From: Octopus sinensis
Lineage: Eukaryota
Direction: 5' to 3'
Assembly (NCBI RefSeq): GCF_006345805.1
Contig: NC_042997.1
Coordinates: forward strand, 43,276,001 to 43,340,000
Length of the DNA: 64,000 nt
Shown: positions 51,090 through 63,507 of the stretch, piece after piece
How positions within the stretch are numbered: position 1 is the first letter of the stretch
Layout of the letters: every line of letters begins with the position of its first letter
Notes under the pieces: model-generated
What the model was told of the DNA's origin: nothing
Database searches by the model: none
What the model saw: the letters and a program-made list of their open reading frames with translations, nothing else
Made by a program: the position numbers and the translations under genes

Positions 51090-51510
51090 ATCATCATCAT
51101 CATCCTCATCATCCACTTTTCATGCTGGCATGGGTTAGATGGTTTGATTGGAACTGATAAGCTGGAGAGCTGTACCTGGTTCTAGTCTGATCTGGCATGG
51201 TTTCTATGGCTCGCTGCCCTTCCTAAAGCCAACCACTTCAAGCGTGTAATGGGTGCTTTTTACATGCCACTGGCTTTTATGTGTAACCATCATGGGTACC
51301 TGCTATGATCTTACATAGCTTGACGAGTCTTCTTAAGCACAGCATATTGCCAAACGTCTTGATCACTTGTCATTGTCTCTGTGAGGCCCATCATTTGAAT
51401 ATCGTGCTTCACTACCTCATCCCATGTGTTCCTGGGTCTACCTCTCCCACAGATTTTCTCCACAATTCGAGATCAGCACTTCTTTACACTGCTGTCTTCA
51501 TCTATATGCA
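51090..51510 (-). mobile_element. Degenerate RTE LINE 3' end
   Basis: (CAT)n, UTR motif and GRGRPRNTWDEVVK-like coding remnant. Confidence 0.75.
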
Positions 51511-51581
51511 GCTATCATATGTATGTATGCTAAATGTGTATATATATTGATAGGTATGCATATAGATATACACATATTCTA

Positions 51582-51665
51582 CAGGAGATAAGGTAGGACA
51601 ATTGCCATACTGATGACACTTATTGAGGCAGAAACACACGTCCTCAAATGTCCTCTTCTCTCCTG
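51582..51665 (+). ncRNA. Decayed hammerhead ribozyme
   Basis: CTGATGA (51610) ... GAAAC ACAC GTC (51631-51642) enclosed by CAGGAGA..AGGACAATTG / CAAATGTCCT..TCTCCTG pairing. Confidence 0.45.
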
Positions 51666-52739
51666 ATTCTAAGCCTGTTCTTTTCCTTAATGGTATGTTA
51701 ACTTTGGTGAATTCTTGATTTGTGCTTCTCACATGGAGCTGGTTTGAATTTATCATTTAGTGATTGTGACCTACCCTCTAGAGGCAGTGATGATTCTCTC
51801 ATCATCATCATCATCATCATCGTTGTCATTTAACGTCCAATGTTGTATGGCATTTGATACTCGCAGAATCATTATCACAGACGAAAATGCTTAGCAGCAT
51901 TACTTCCAACTTCTTTCATTCTGAGTTCAAATGCTTCCTGAGTCAATTTTGCCTTTTGTTCAAAGCAGTGCCTCAACATGGCAGCAGTTTAATGGCTGAA
52001 ACAAATAAAAAATAAATGAGAGAAAAAGACAGAGAGAGAGACATGCATGCATGCACTCACACTCACATTCTTCTTTTTCTAACAGCCTCCCATGCCGTCT
52101 GGGTTGTTTAGTCTGGCAGGATCCAGCAAGTCAGAAGGCTCTGTTGAACTCTAATGTCTGTTTTTGGCATGGTTTCTAAGGCTGGATACCCTTCCTAATG
52201 CCAACTGCTTTATGACACTGGCAGTAATGAGGTCACCAAGTAACTTGCAAGACAAAGAAAAGGACATGCTTCTCCTCAACTGAGTTGGTGTGTAATAGAG
52301 AAGAAGAGGCTTTGTGCCAGTTGTTGAGAAGCTAAAATCTGATAGAGGGACAGGAACAAGTGTAGATACAGGCTACCCTGAACTACATAAGGGTGAGTGG
52401 AAGTAGCTGGAAAGAACACAGTGGTTAGGGATGGGTATAGTCCTGAAGAAAGTGAATGGAACAGGGGTGGTGTTCTGGTCAATGGTAATTATTGGTATGG
52501 GGGTGAGGAAGTTCAAAGAAATAGGAGTGGGTCACAAAGGAGGAAGTGATGAAAGACAGTGGATGAAGGGTGATAAATCAGAAATTAGGAAGATGACGAT
52601 ATGCAGAGTGAGTGAGCGGTAAGGGAGGGGATGTACAATGAGACAAGTGGATGTTAGAGGTACATAGTGGCCATAGTGAGTGAGGGATAAAGGTGGGCGG
52701 AAGGGAAAAGAGAGAAAAGAAATAGCATTTCTGTTGTTT

Positions 52740-53154
52740 ACTCTCTCTTTTACTCTTTTACTTGTTTCAGTCATTTGACTGCGGCCATGCTGGAGCACCA
52801 CCTTTAGTCGAGGAAATCGACCCCGGGACTTATTCTTTGTAAGTCTAGTACTTATTCCATCAGTCTCCTTTGCCGAACCGCTAAGTGACAGGGACGCAAG
52901 CACACCAGCATCGGTTGTCAAGCAATGCTAGGGGGACAAACACAGACACACAAACACATACACACACACATATATATATATACATATATATGACAGGCTT
53001 CTTTCAGTTTCCGTCTACTAAATCCACTCACAAGGCATTGGTTGGCCCGGGGCTATAGCAGAAGACACTTGCCCAAGATGCCACACAGTGGGACTGAACC
53101 CGGAACCATGTGGTTAGTTAGCAAGCTACTTACCACACAGCCACTCCTGCGCCT
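52740..53154 (-). mobile_element. SINE family A
   Basis: Reverse complement of 283-699. Confidence 0.9.
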
Positions 53155-53641
53155 AAATAGTAATGATGTTCAATTCTTACAGTCACTACATCTGAAGTTA
53201 ACAACAGAACTACAGTAGTAGTAGTACAGGTGAAGTAACTATAAGTGTGATGTAATAATGATAAAATAATCTGGGATCAGATCATAATTCCTTTGATATT
53301 TTGTAAAGTTGTAACCTCACAAGGCAATGCTGATCATTGTATGTTAATTATAAAACAGTTTATTATGTTAGTTTCTTCAAATCAAATTCTTTTAATCCAA
53401 ATTTTCCTCTTTTTTTTTTCTTTAAGACATTTTGAAATAATACCTATTATTAAAAAATATTTATTTTGTTGATTTATTTTGAAGGCTAAAATGTTATAAT
53501 AGTTGGATAAGAGTTTGCAATATGGAATGAAGTTTTGATAAAAGTCCTTTTAAAATTTCAGATCTTCAGGAAAAATTAAGAATCTTGTTTATGTATCTTA
53601 CATTTTAATGTTTTGAAATTTTATTTGATTTTCTTTTCCAG

Positions 53642-53704
53642 AGTAAAGCGAAAAGATGGTGAACTACCAGAGAAAGTGTTTGTCAATAGACGATCTGTTT
53701 TAAC
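53642..53704 (+). CDS. SOAT1: SOAT coding exon 4
   Basis: TTTTCCAG|A GTA...TTA AC|GTAGGT; VKRKDGELPEKVFVNRRSVLT vs human SOAT1 KIFIARRSLLD. Confidence 0.92.
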
Positions 53705-55989
53705 GTAGGTATTGTCTTAACATTTTTCCACAAGTTTAGTTCACCCAAATATTAGGTAGGTCTTCAATAGCACCACAGCCACATTTTATAGAAGTGTGAA
53801 AAGATATTTAGATATATTCAATTTGTCCAGATTTCTCTTCTGCCTGCTAATACAGTAACTTTTCTTTGTCTACTTTTACTTTACTCACTACTGCTACCAC
53901 TTAATTGTTTTTACTAGGGTCTGCATTTACATTGTGTCTCAAAGTTGTCTACAAAACTCTGCTTCAAAATAGATCCTGGTGTGTGATTGTTTCATAGCCT
54001 TTCAGAAAATATGCTGAGAAAGATAGCTAACCAAGTCATTAAAATGCTAATTAAAAAATGATCAAGAGTCATTAATTTTCATTCCATCACCAACACTGCA
54101 TTGTATCCCTGGCAAAGACTTTCTCTCAGTGGTATTATACACCTAACAGTAAATATAAGGTGCACCAGGTACTTGTGAATTACCTTGATGGCCCATACAT
54201 AGAAGTTACATAGCATGTGCCAAATTTTAATTTTCACATTTCTCTTTTAGACATATCAGCAGTGTCAGCATAATAGATTCCAGTCTTGACACAGGAAATG
54301 CCATGGATCTAGCTACCAATCACTGTGACTTGGAAATTACCAGCTTCTTGCATGTGGCTGGTTCTTCATGTTCATTGTTGGGGAAAGAGCTGAGGCCTCT
54401 TATGGAGACATGTCATCCACGGCTCAGAGAAAGAAACATTCTCAGCCGTCAGACATCGTCCGGGCAGCTAAATTTATCCTGTAGGTCTAAAACATCATCA
54501 AGGTGGTGGAATCCACTATGAAACCTGTGCTACACAAGAACATCAGGTACAAATCTTGTATAATGAGAAGAGGGCAGTTCATGTCCAGGAAGACCTGAAA
54601 GAATCACATGATCATGTGATCCGCCCCCACCACCCCCTCATACATATTATTTAAATTATCGGGACTGCTATGTTTGGAAAAGGAGGCTGACCAATGACCC
54701 ATGGTGCCAAGGGCTGCCATTGTAGACATGGTGAGCAGCATGAGTTGGGAGGCCACCTGATCCTGGCAAAGCAGTCACTTCTGTGGCCACATCAGGTCTG
54801 TCATTTAGGTTGAGGGCAGTTTTTCAATGGCTTATTTCTTTGATGTATCTGTTTGAATATGTTTGCTGTTTTTCTGATAGTATCTTTTTATTTTTCTGTT
54901 TGGTGTCTTTGTTTTTCTTTTTGTTGGGTTTCATCTTCGGTTCCCTGCTGCACACTTTAGCTACAATAGTAAGAAACAATTCTGTATGATTAATAAATAT
55001 TTGATTAACTTTCATTATTGAATTGAAATCTATAAAGAGACAAAACTTTGTGTAATAAACTAGCATTTCTGTTCAAGGGAGAAGAATGCTACAACTTCTT
55101 GACATATGGCACAATAGCCCTTACCAGCGGAACCCTTAGCTTAATACTCTTGGCAACTTATGTTCTTCATCTTTGATCCATCCAAAATAAGAAAGAGAAT
55201 AATAAATACCATCCTCTTAAATATATCTGTCATACAACCACATGTAGCTGTACTGCTATTATAGAAGCAAAAAACTTCAACATGTAGTGTAGCTGATTCA
55301 AAAACGTTTTCCTATTCCTGACTATAAAAACGAAAGAAGATTTTAAAAACATGTTTCAGGGTAAAGTCACATACTCATGAATCTCTAGTGAAAGATCTTT
55401 CACAAATGAATTTCAATGAAAGATTCTTCTCATGTTACACTAGTTTCTTAGGCACTCCTATCGGTCAATAGAATTACTAGAATGAATGAACAAAGTATAT
55501 AGTGTATTTTTAGATATTATGTTATATTCAAGGTCAAAATATAATGTTGATTCTCTGCCTATCTTGCAGCACTTTATTATTTATAAATTCCTTTTTAAAG
55601 TGTCATAGATTCTCCAGCATTTATTTGCGCAGTTATTGAAGTATTTGGTATGCAAAGATGAAAATAGCAGAATGGGCCTAAAACTAAATTGCGTATAAAC
55701 AAATATTTAGTTTAAGAAGCTTAAATTGAACAGCTTTTGAATGAAATTTGTGTTGTCCAGCCAGTGAAGAAAAATTTCATTTGAAATCTCGGTCTGCTTC
55801 TATGTCAGCTGAATTCTTCCTTGAAACTAATAGGATTCAAGCCCTGATTTAATCTAAGGCCAGCATGATCCCACATGACAAGAGTTAAAGGGAATGAGGA
55901 CAGTGATGGCTAACTGGTCAAGAATGTATAATTTGGTTCAATTTTTACTTCCAAGATCAATAAAGGTTTGTAATGTACTGGGGTAGAGG

Positions 55990-57041
55990 GTGGGGTGGGG
56001 GCTGAAAAGTTCCTGGCTTTGGGTAAAAGAAAATACGGGAAGATGAGTTAGTTATGATTTTATCCGACATATTCTTCTCTCAGATTTATACACTTATTGC
56101 AGTGGTCCTTCAGTTTTTCTAAGCTTTGTAAAAAGAATTCAGAGGGTTGGGTCTCCAACCAGCCTCTGTAAATGCGATCATTTCCAAATCAGTGTGAAAT
56201 TTTGTTCCTCTGAGATGTTTCTTCAGTTGTGAAAAGAGGTGATAGTCGGAGGGGGCCAAGTCAAGAGAGTAAGATGGTTGGTCTACTATTTCAAAGCCAA
56301 AGTCAATTATTTTCCATAAAGTATCGTGTGCTGTGTGTGGTGGTGTACAGTCCTGCACAAACCAGACAGCACAGCTCCATTGATTGCTGCTTGATCTGAG
56401 GATCATGAGGATGGAGCAGCCAATTTTCATCCATAGTGACTAAACAAACCATAAAATCAGCCTCTCCCACTGCAAACCAGTCCAAAATTTCTTTTGATGT
56501 TGTCATTTTGTGCTTTTGATCTGCGTTCAGGTATTTTGGCACGCATTTTGCAGAAAGCTTTCTCAATTCCAGAATGTTGTAGATGATGTGGCCAACTCTT
56601 TTGTAGGAAATCTGGCAGTCCTCAAGAACTGTGCTGTGCACAGTGTTGGCTTTGTCCTCTATGGTTACAGAAATTAGCTGTCCTGATCAGGGTTCATCTG
56701 TGATCTCGAAGTGACCAGTTCAAAACCTTGACACTCAGATTTTCACTGTGGTGTAAGATGGGCAACCATCTTTCAAGACTTCCTTCATCTTTCCATGAAT
56801 TTCCACCACTTCTTTCCCTTGCAAAAAGAGGAACTTTATGACTGCCGATGCTTCAGTTTTACCAAAATTCATTGTTAGGTACTGTCATCATGCATTAAAT
56901 CTGCAAAAAAAAAATATATATATTGTATCCCATCATGATTTTTTGTATATCTTCTAAATAGTTGTCCTGCCTCTCCTGTAACAGTAACAACCCTACCCTT
57001 TTGTGATACTCTTAAAGCCAAGAACATTTCAGCACCCCCTT
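55990..57041 (-). mobile_element. Decayed mariner transposon with TIRs
   Basis: LRKLSAKCVPKYL, LVTMDENW, PSYSLDLAPSDYHLF (WVPHEL / TGDETW / YSPDLAPSD motifs); TIRs GGGGGCTGAAAAGTTCCTGGCTTT / AAAGCCAAGAACATTTCAGCACCCCC. Confidence 0.9.
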
Positions 57042-57134
57042 GTAGACAAAATACCCTTTTTTTTTTGGTTATGTTTTGTTTTTTAATATTTTTTTGCAAT
57101 TTTTTTCATGATTTATTTCTTTTTTATATTCCAG

Positions 57135-57242
57135 AGAGTTGTTGGAAATAACTCATATCCAAACAATTTACAATATCTTTGTGGCCATTCTGCTGGTATT
57201 TAGTCTAAATACTATTGTATATGATCTCATTGACACAGGCAG
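57135..57242 (+). CDS. SOAT1: SOAT coding exon 5
   Basis: TTCCAG|A GAG...GGC AG|GTAAGT; ELLEITHIQTIYNIFVAILLVFSLNTIVYDLIDTGR vs human [36 protein letters not shown]. Confidence 0.96.
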
Positions 57243-58424
57243 GTAAGTAAAGGGATCATCATCAATATCATTTTTATGTCCATCTTACCTGTACTCTTTC
57301 TAGTATATCATATTGTCACCCTTATCCATCCTTACTCACCTCATTTCTGTCTTCACCACTTACCCTTTTTTATATATATTTCTTACTGTCAGCATCTAGC
57401 AATTTTTTCACCCAATGGTTTTCATCACATGTCCTTACTAATACAACTATACGTTTTGCATACCTTAATTAACATATCTTTTAGACCCATTTACTTTACC
57501 TGCTGACTAGCTTTCTGCCTTTCATGTAAGTTTTTGTTAACATAAGCAATAGGTCACACTCTGGCATTCTGCTCCAGCCATTGCTGCTCTCTACACTTAG
57601 TGTCAATGCATCATGCTTCTAACACATTCCTTGTACATTCTGACTTCCACACAAAGGGAATCTGTTCTTATTTAGCCCTAGGTCAGCCCTCATTGAGCAG
57701 ACATATGATTAAAAGCATTCCATCTATGCCTACCCCACCAATTTTATTATTTGTTTTAGGACTACATTATCTGATATGTACTTTGATTAAAAAAAAAAAA
57801 CAGTTGAATTTGATAGAGGTAGTTTTGGCTGATGTGGTTAGCAGGTTGAGCAACCAGGTAGAGGCTTTGTTGTTGACTCAAGAAATCTCTTGTTGCCAAC
57901 AGAGGTAACAGCTGCCTGAACTTTTTCAAACTATTTCATATTGTAATTACAATATTTTAATTAAAGATACTTTCATCACTAATCAGGTAACCTAGATAAC
58001 GAGTTGTCTAAAACATCAAGCAGACCATCTGATCAGTTCATAATGGTTATTTCTGCCTATCTACAAGAGATTTGCCTCTTGTACCCATTACTTATGCTGA
58101 GTACACAGTACCATCCTCTTTGATTATACCATTCTTTGGATTTCTAAAACTGTCTTTGTGCCAGTTTTAGAAATCCTTTATCAAGCAAGACCACTTCACA
58201 GGAAACACTGGAATTTTCTTTCTTTTTTAATTAGTCTTTGTAATGTTATTTAGGTTGTTTGGCTTTGACTATTCTTCAAGTTCTTAAATATTTCTCAGTT
58301 TTTAGCATATTCTGCATTGAGAACCAAGTCATCTGCAAATAGGTTTCTAAGGGCATTTATTTTGAACTTTTGTGTTATTACCTCAAGTAGGAGTTCATTA
58401 AGGATTGGTGCTTAGCTCTCTCTT

Positions 58425-59442
58425 GTTCATCATAGTCCTCCAGGCAATAACAGAGGAATTCAAGACAGGCTGCCCCTGGGAGCTCCTCTATGCTAATGAC
58501 CTTGCTCTTATGGCTGAATCACTACCTAAACTAGAGAAAAAGTTCCAGGTATGGAAACAAGATCTAGAGTGAAAGGGTCTTAGAGTTAACCTAGCAAAAA
58601 CCAAAGTCATAGTAAGTAGGAAGGCAAACAAATCACAAACCCCTTCAGGTAGATGGCCCTGCTTGATCTGTAGAAAAGGTGTATGTAGAAACTCCATAAC
58701 ATGCACCCAGTGTAAGCTTTGGACATATAAAAAGTGCAGCAATAAAAGAGGAAGGTTAACAGGGAAACTAGCTTTTGTATGTAGAAGATGCACAAGTACA
58801 ATAAACACTGAAAATGTGCAAAAAATAAACTCCATCAACTGCCAAGTGGGCAAGCTAAAGGTAGTAGATAGTTTCCATTATCTAGGTGACCAAGTTAGTA
58901 GTGGAGGTGGATGCTCCAAGAGCATAGCTGTAGGTATAAGATTAAGCTGGGCAAAGTTCAGAGAGCTCCTAGCCCTGCTAGCAACAAAGAACCTCTCTCT
59001 CAGAGTGAAAGGCAGATTGTATGCAAACAGCAGTATGCTTCACTGGATGTGCAATGTCAGTGTACATGTTTGACAGAGTGTAAGCATCTTGAGAGAGAAG
59101 TTAGGCATAAGAGGCATCAGATGAGGTGTGCAAGAGGGATGACTGCACTGGTATGGTCATGTGATGTGTATGGGCAAGGACAGCTGTGTAAAGTGCCGAT
59201 CTCTAACTGTGGAGTGAACCTGTGGCAGAGATAGACCCAGGAAGACGTGGGACGAGGTGGTGAAGCAATGTGCTGCGCTTGAGAGAACCCATCAAGTCAA
59301 GTGCATCCTGGTGTCGTGCAAATGGCACCCGTGTCAGTGGCACATAAAAGCACCCATTACACTTTCAGAGTGGTAGGCATTAAGAAGGGTATCCAGCCAT
59401 AGAAAACCATGCCAAATCAGACTAGAGTCTGGTGGTGATGAT
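58425..59442 (+). mobile_element. Degenerate RTE LINE (RT with PHD insert to 3' UTR)
   Basis: PWELLYANDL, KGLRVNLAKTKVI, CLIC..CTQC..C..CRRC, LKVVDSFHYLG; UTR motif and GAT tail. Confidence 0.9.
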
Positions 59443-59948
59443 GAATTAAAACTATAGCAAGCTGAAGACAGAACCTTAGGGAACTTGTATCTCTGTATTA
59501 ATTACTTACTCAATTTACTATGCATTTTGACCTTGCTTACAACACCTCTTACATGTTTTTCATTAAAGCCTAGTCTTTTTCATTGTTTACCACCCTATAA
59601 AGATGAGAACCCTGTTAAAAATCTTGTCTAGGTTACTGAATTCAGAATGGTTTGTTCTTAGCTAAGCACTTTTCTTTGTTTGCAGTTATTTTATAAGAAT
59701 TGTATCAGCTGTGATTTTGTCTTCATACAGATTCAAACTCCATCTTCTCTAGACTGGTCTATCTTGCTCTAATTTTGCTACATTTAAACTTTGTTAAGTT
59801 TCAACTTATCTGTAATGAAATCCATTGTTGAGCATTAATATCTGGTCTTAAAGTGTTGTGACACAAAGAAAGAAAGTATGAATGCCTCTGTTGTGTAGAT
59901 GACTCAGATTCCTTTTGCATTAACCAAGTTATTATTATTATCTTACAG

Positions 59949-60097
59949 GCTTCATCTTGACTTCAATTTGATACAATGGGCATTTGGTAAATTTCCCAAA
60001 GTAATGGCTCTTTGGGTGTGTATGCAGCTGGCAACCTTGTTGATATTCTATCCAGCTTTCTATTATTGGGCTTCTTCAAAAAAAATCAGACCTTATA
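59949..60097 (+). CDS. SOAT1: SOAT coding exon 6 (gene continues beyond the window)
   Basis: TCTTACAG|G CTT...TAT A|GTAAGT; LHLDFNLIQWAFGKFPKVMALWVCM vs human [25 protein letters not shown]. Confidence 0.95.
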
Positions 60098-60289
60098 GTA
60101 AGTTAACTTTTGAATCTATTTATGATAGTAAAACTATTGTAAACATAAACGTTATATAAATAATCATCTCACAGTGGTTTTAATTTGATGCTATAGATTT
60201 CTGTATAAGAATTTCAGTATAAAAGCTGAAGTTACATTCATGCTGTTCAAGGAATTGTTTACCTACAATTGTAGTTTTGTAATATGTTA

Positions 60290-60690
60290 TACTCTCTATA
60301 CTCTTTTACTCTTTTACTTGTTTCAGTCATTTGACTGCGGCCATGCTGGAGCACTGCCTTTAGTCGAGCAAATCGACTCCGGGACTTATTCTTTGTAAGC
60401 CCAGTACTTATTCTATCGGTCTCTTTTTGCCGAACCGCTAAGTGACGGGGGACGTAAACACACCAGCATCAGTTGTCAAGCAATGCTAGAGGGACAAACA
60501 CAGACACACAAACACATACATATATACGACAGGCTTCTTTAAGTTTCCGTCTACCAAATCCACTCACAAGGCATTGGTCGGCCCGGGGCTATAGCAGAAG
60601 ACACTTGCCCAAGATGCCACACAGTGGGACTGAACCCGGAACCATGTGGTTGGTTAGCAAGCTACTTACCACACAGCCACTCCTGCGCCT
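60290..60690 (-). mobile_element. SINE family A
   Basis: Reverse complement of 283-699. Confidence 0.9.
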
Positions 60691-61049
60691 ATGTTAATAA
60701 TGAAATTATATTCTGTCAATAAAATTGAGCCTTTAAGTTCTTATAAGAGAGTTAACTCTACTGTAGCATGATAGTATGGATGTATAGCTCTGTGATCTCA
60801 TACCAGCCGGAAAACAAGACATTCATACATTCCAAACAAATCCATCCACCAGTACACTGTAATTTCCCCACCTTACTTTCACAAAGCTGTTAACTTAGTG
60901 CAATTTTCCTGTCCATTTAAGAGGTCTCCAAACCCCATTTATACTTGGTTTTCCGGCTGGTATGAGATCACAGATCATTCATAGAGAATGAGGTAGGTGT
61001 TATGGTCCTCCATACTACCGGTAAGATGTATTTGCCAAACAGGATTTAA

Positions 61050-61270
61050 CCCTTTAGCATTTAAACCGGCCATAACCGGCCAAAAGTATTCTGCCTGTTT
61101 TATGTTCAAACTGGCCAGATCTGGTCTCTCACACCAACCCTACAATATCGTTTTAAAAATTAACAGCTACCTCATCAAAATATCATAGCTACAAGATAAT
61201 GCCTGATTAGTTCAAAACAATTTGGATAAAGAAGCATTAATTTTGGCAGAATAATGTGAACACTAAAGGG
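61050..61270. mobile_element. piggyBac-type MITE
   Basis: TTAA|CCCTTTAG ... CTAAAGGG|TTAA. Confidence 0.85.
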
Positions 61271-61934
61271 TTAATTGAAAGTTAAACTTTGTAGACCAAT
61301 AAATAGATGCAAATAAATACAATACTAATGAGTGCAATAAATTGATAATAGTATTAACAAGAGTACCAGTGATTATTAGCTTAATATTTGCATTGTTCAG
61401 GGGCAAGGAGTTGAAGTGGATGAGATAAAGAGATGTGGAGAGAGAGAAATAATGATAGAAACTTACTAGTGACTGGTTATTTTGCTAAACAGAGTTTAAG
61501 AGAAAGCAAATACTCTATCATCATTTGATCTTAAAGGGGGAGGGAGTGGCGTATGTATGTCAAAGGTCAAAGTTTCTAAGCAATAGACAAATACTAATAA
61601 TTATGGTGCTGATGAATATGATAAATTAACAATAGTAATAACAACAACAATACCAGTAGTAATTTGCATAACATTATCTTATCAGAGCTACCTCATTCCA
61701 ATTTCTAATGAGAGAGATATAAGAAATTATGTCATGAGTTGTCATATTCGACTACATTCAAATATCCCACTTAAAAATGTAGTTGTAATTCTGTCTATGT
61801 AGAAACTATTTGAGGAAGAAGAGAGATATAATGATAGAAACATACTACTGATAAGACATGTTTCTGAAATGGGGTTTAACAGAAAGTAGATACTGCATTA
61901 CCAGTAAATGTGAGACAGTGATATGAAAGGAAGA

Positions 61935-62269
61935 TATTTCGTCTGCCGTTACGTTCTGAGTTCAAATTCCGCCGAGGTCGACTTTGCCTTTCATCCTTTC
62001 GGGGTCGATTAAATAAGTACCACTTACGCACTGGGGTCGATATAATCGACTTAATCCGTTTGTCCTCTCTGTGTTTAGCCCCTTGTGGGTACTAAAGAAA
62101 TAGATATGAAAGGAAGAGTGGTAGAGTTCTGAGTTCAAATTCCGCCGAGGTCGACTTTGCCTTTCATCCTTTCGGGGTGCACTGGGGTCAATATAATCGA
62201 CTTAATCCGTTTGTCTGTCCTCGTTTGTCCTCTCTGTGTTTAGCCCCTTGTGGGTAGTAAAGAAATAGG
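61935..62269 (+). mobile_element. Two tandem 5'-truncated SINE family C copies
   Basis: GTTCTGAGTTCAAATTCCGCCGAGGTCGACTTTGCC...AAAGAAATAG occurs twice, separated and flanked by TATGAAAGGAAGA repeats. Confidence 0.85.
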
Positions 62270-62699
62270 TATGAAAGGAAGAGTGGTATTATAAGCATAA
62301 AAAGTAAAAGTTTGTAGGCAATAAATAGTATTAGTAATATATCTAATTTTGGCACCAGGCCAGTAATTTTGAAGGGAAGGGTAAATCAATTACATTGATC
62401 TCAGTACTCAACCAGTTCTTATTTTATTGAACTGAAAAGATTGAAAGGCAAAGTTTACCTGGGTGGCATTTGAACTTGGAATGTAAAGAACTGGAAGAAA
62501 TGCTGCTGCTGCACATTTTACTGACACAGTAGTGACTCTGGCAGCTCATCACCTACCTGAACTATATTAGTAATAATAACAGCAATGATGCCAGTAACTA
62601 AAACTTTAATGCTCATATCAGTACTAATTTCAAATCCTCATATGACCCTGAAGATGGCAATGGGGAAATATTGCCCATTCAAAGTACCCTGGATCCCAG

Positions 62700-63172
62700 A
62701 ACGTCCCGTTGTGCTTGAGGAGACCTGTTGAGTCAAGTACATGAACATGAACATCGAAATAAATATCAATGGAAATAGTAGTTGTGATGCCTGTGCCGGT
62801 GGCACATAAAAAGCACCATCCAAATGTGGCCGATGCCAGCACCGCCCTGACTGGCTTCTGTGCCGGTGGCACATAAAAAGCACCATCCGAACGTGGCCGT
62901 TGCCAGTGCCGTCTTGGCTGGCTTCTGTGCCGGTGGCATGTTAAAAGCTCCAACCGATCGTGGCCGATGCCGGACCCCCCTGGCACCTGTGCAGGTGGCA
63001 CGTAAAAAGCACCCACTACACTTGCGGAGTGGTTGGCGTTAGGAAGGGCATCCAGCTGTAGAAACACTGCCAGATCAGACTGGGCCTGGCGCAGCCTTCT
63101 GGCTTCCCAGATCCCAGTTGAACCGTCTAACGCATGCTAGCATGGAAAGCGGACGCTAAACGATGATGATGA
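62700..63172 (+). mobile_element. RTE LINE 3' UTR fragment
   Basis: UTR repeats, GGCGTTAGGAAGGGCATCC, (GAT)n tail. Confidence 0.85.
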
Positions 63173-63468
63173 TCTCACCTGAATCTTTTGTTGAAGGTGC
63201 AGTATCTAAAAGGTCCCTACTGATCTTATGTGTTACACAACATTAGAGCTTTGTTCTTCACTTGAAGCATTGTTGTACAAAAGAAGGAAAAGAAAAGGGA
63301 CAATAAGAAAGCTTCTAACAATGCAGGCAGTTTTACAAAAAAACTTTATGTAGGTTGCAGGAGTAGCTGTGTGGTAAGTAGCTTGCTTACAAACCACATA
63401 ATTCCAGGTTCAGGCCAACCAAAGCTTTCTGAGTAGATTTCGCAGACAGGAACTAAAACAAGCCCATC

Positions 63469-63507
<39 letters not shown>

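Noticed and set aside
62645-62690. CTGAAGA followed by a GGCAAT/ATTGCC stem
   Set aside because: No GAAA follows the stem; at best half a hammerhead.
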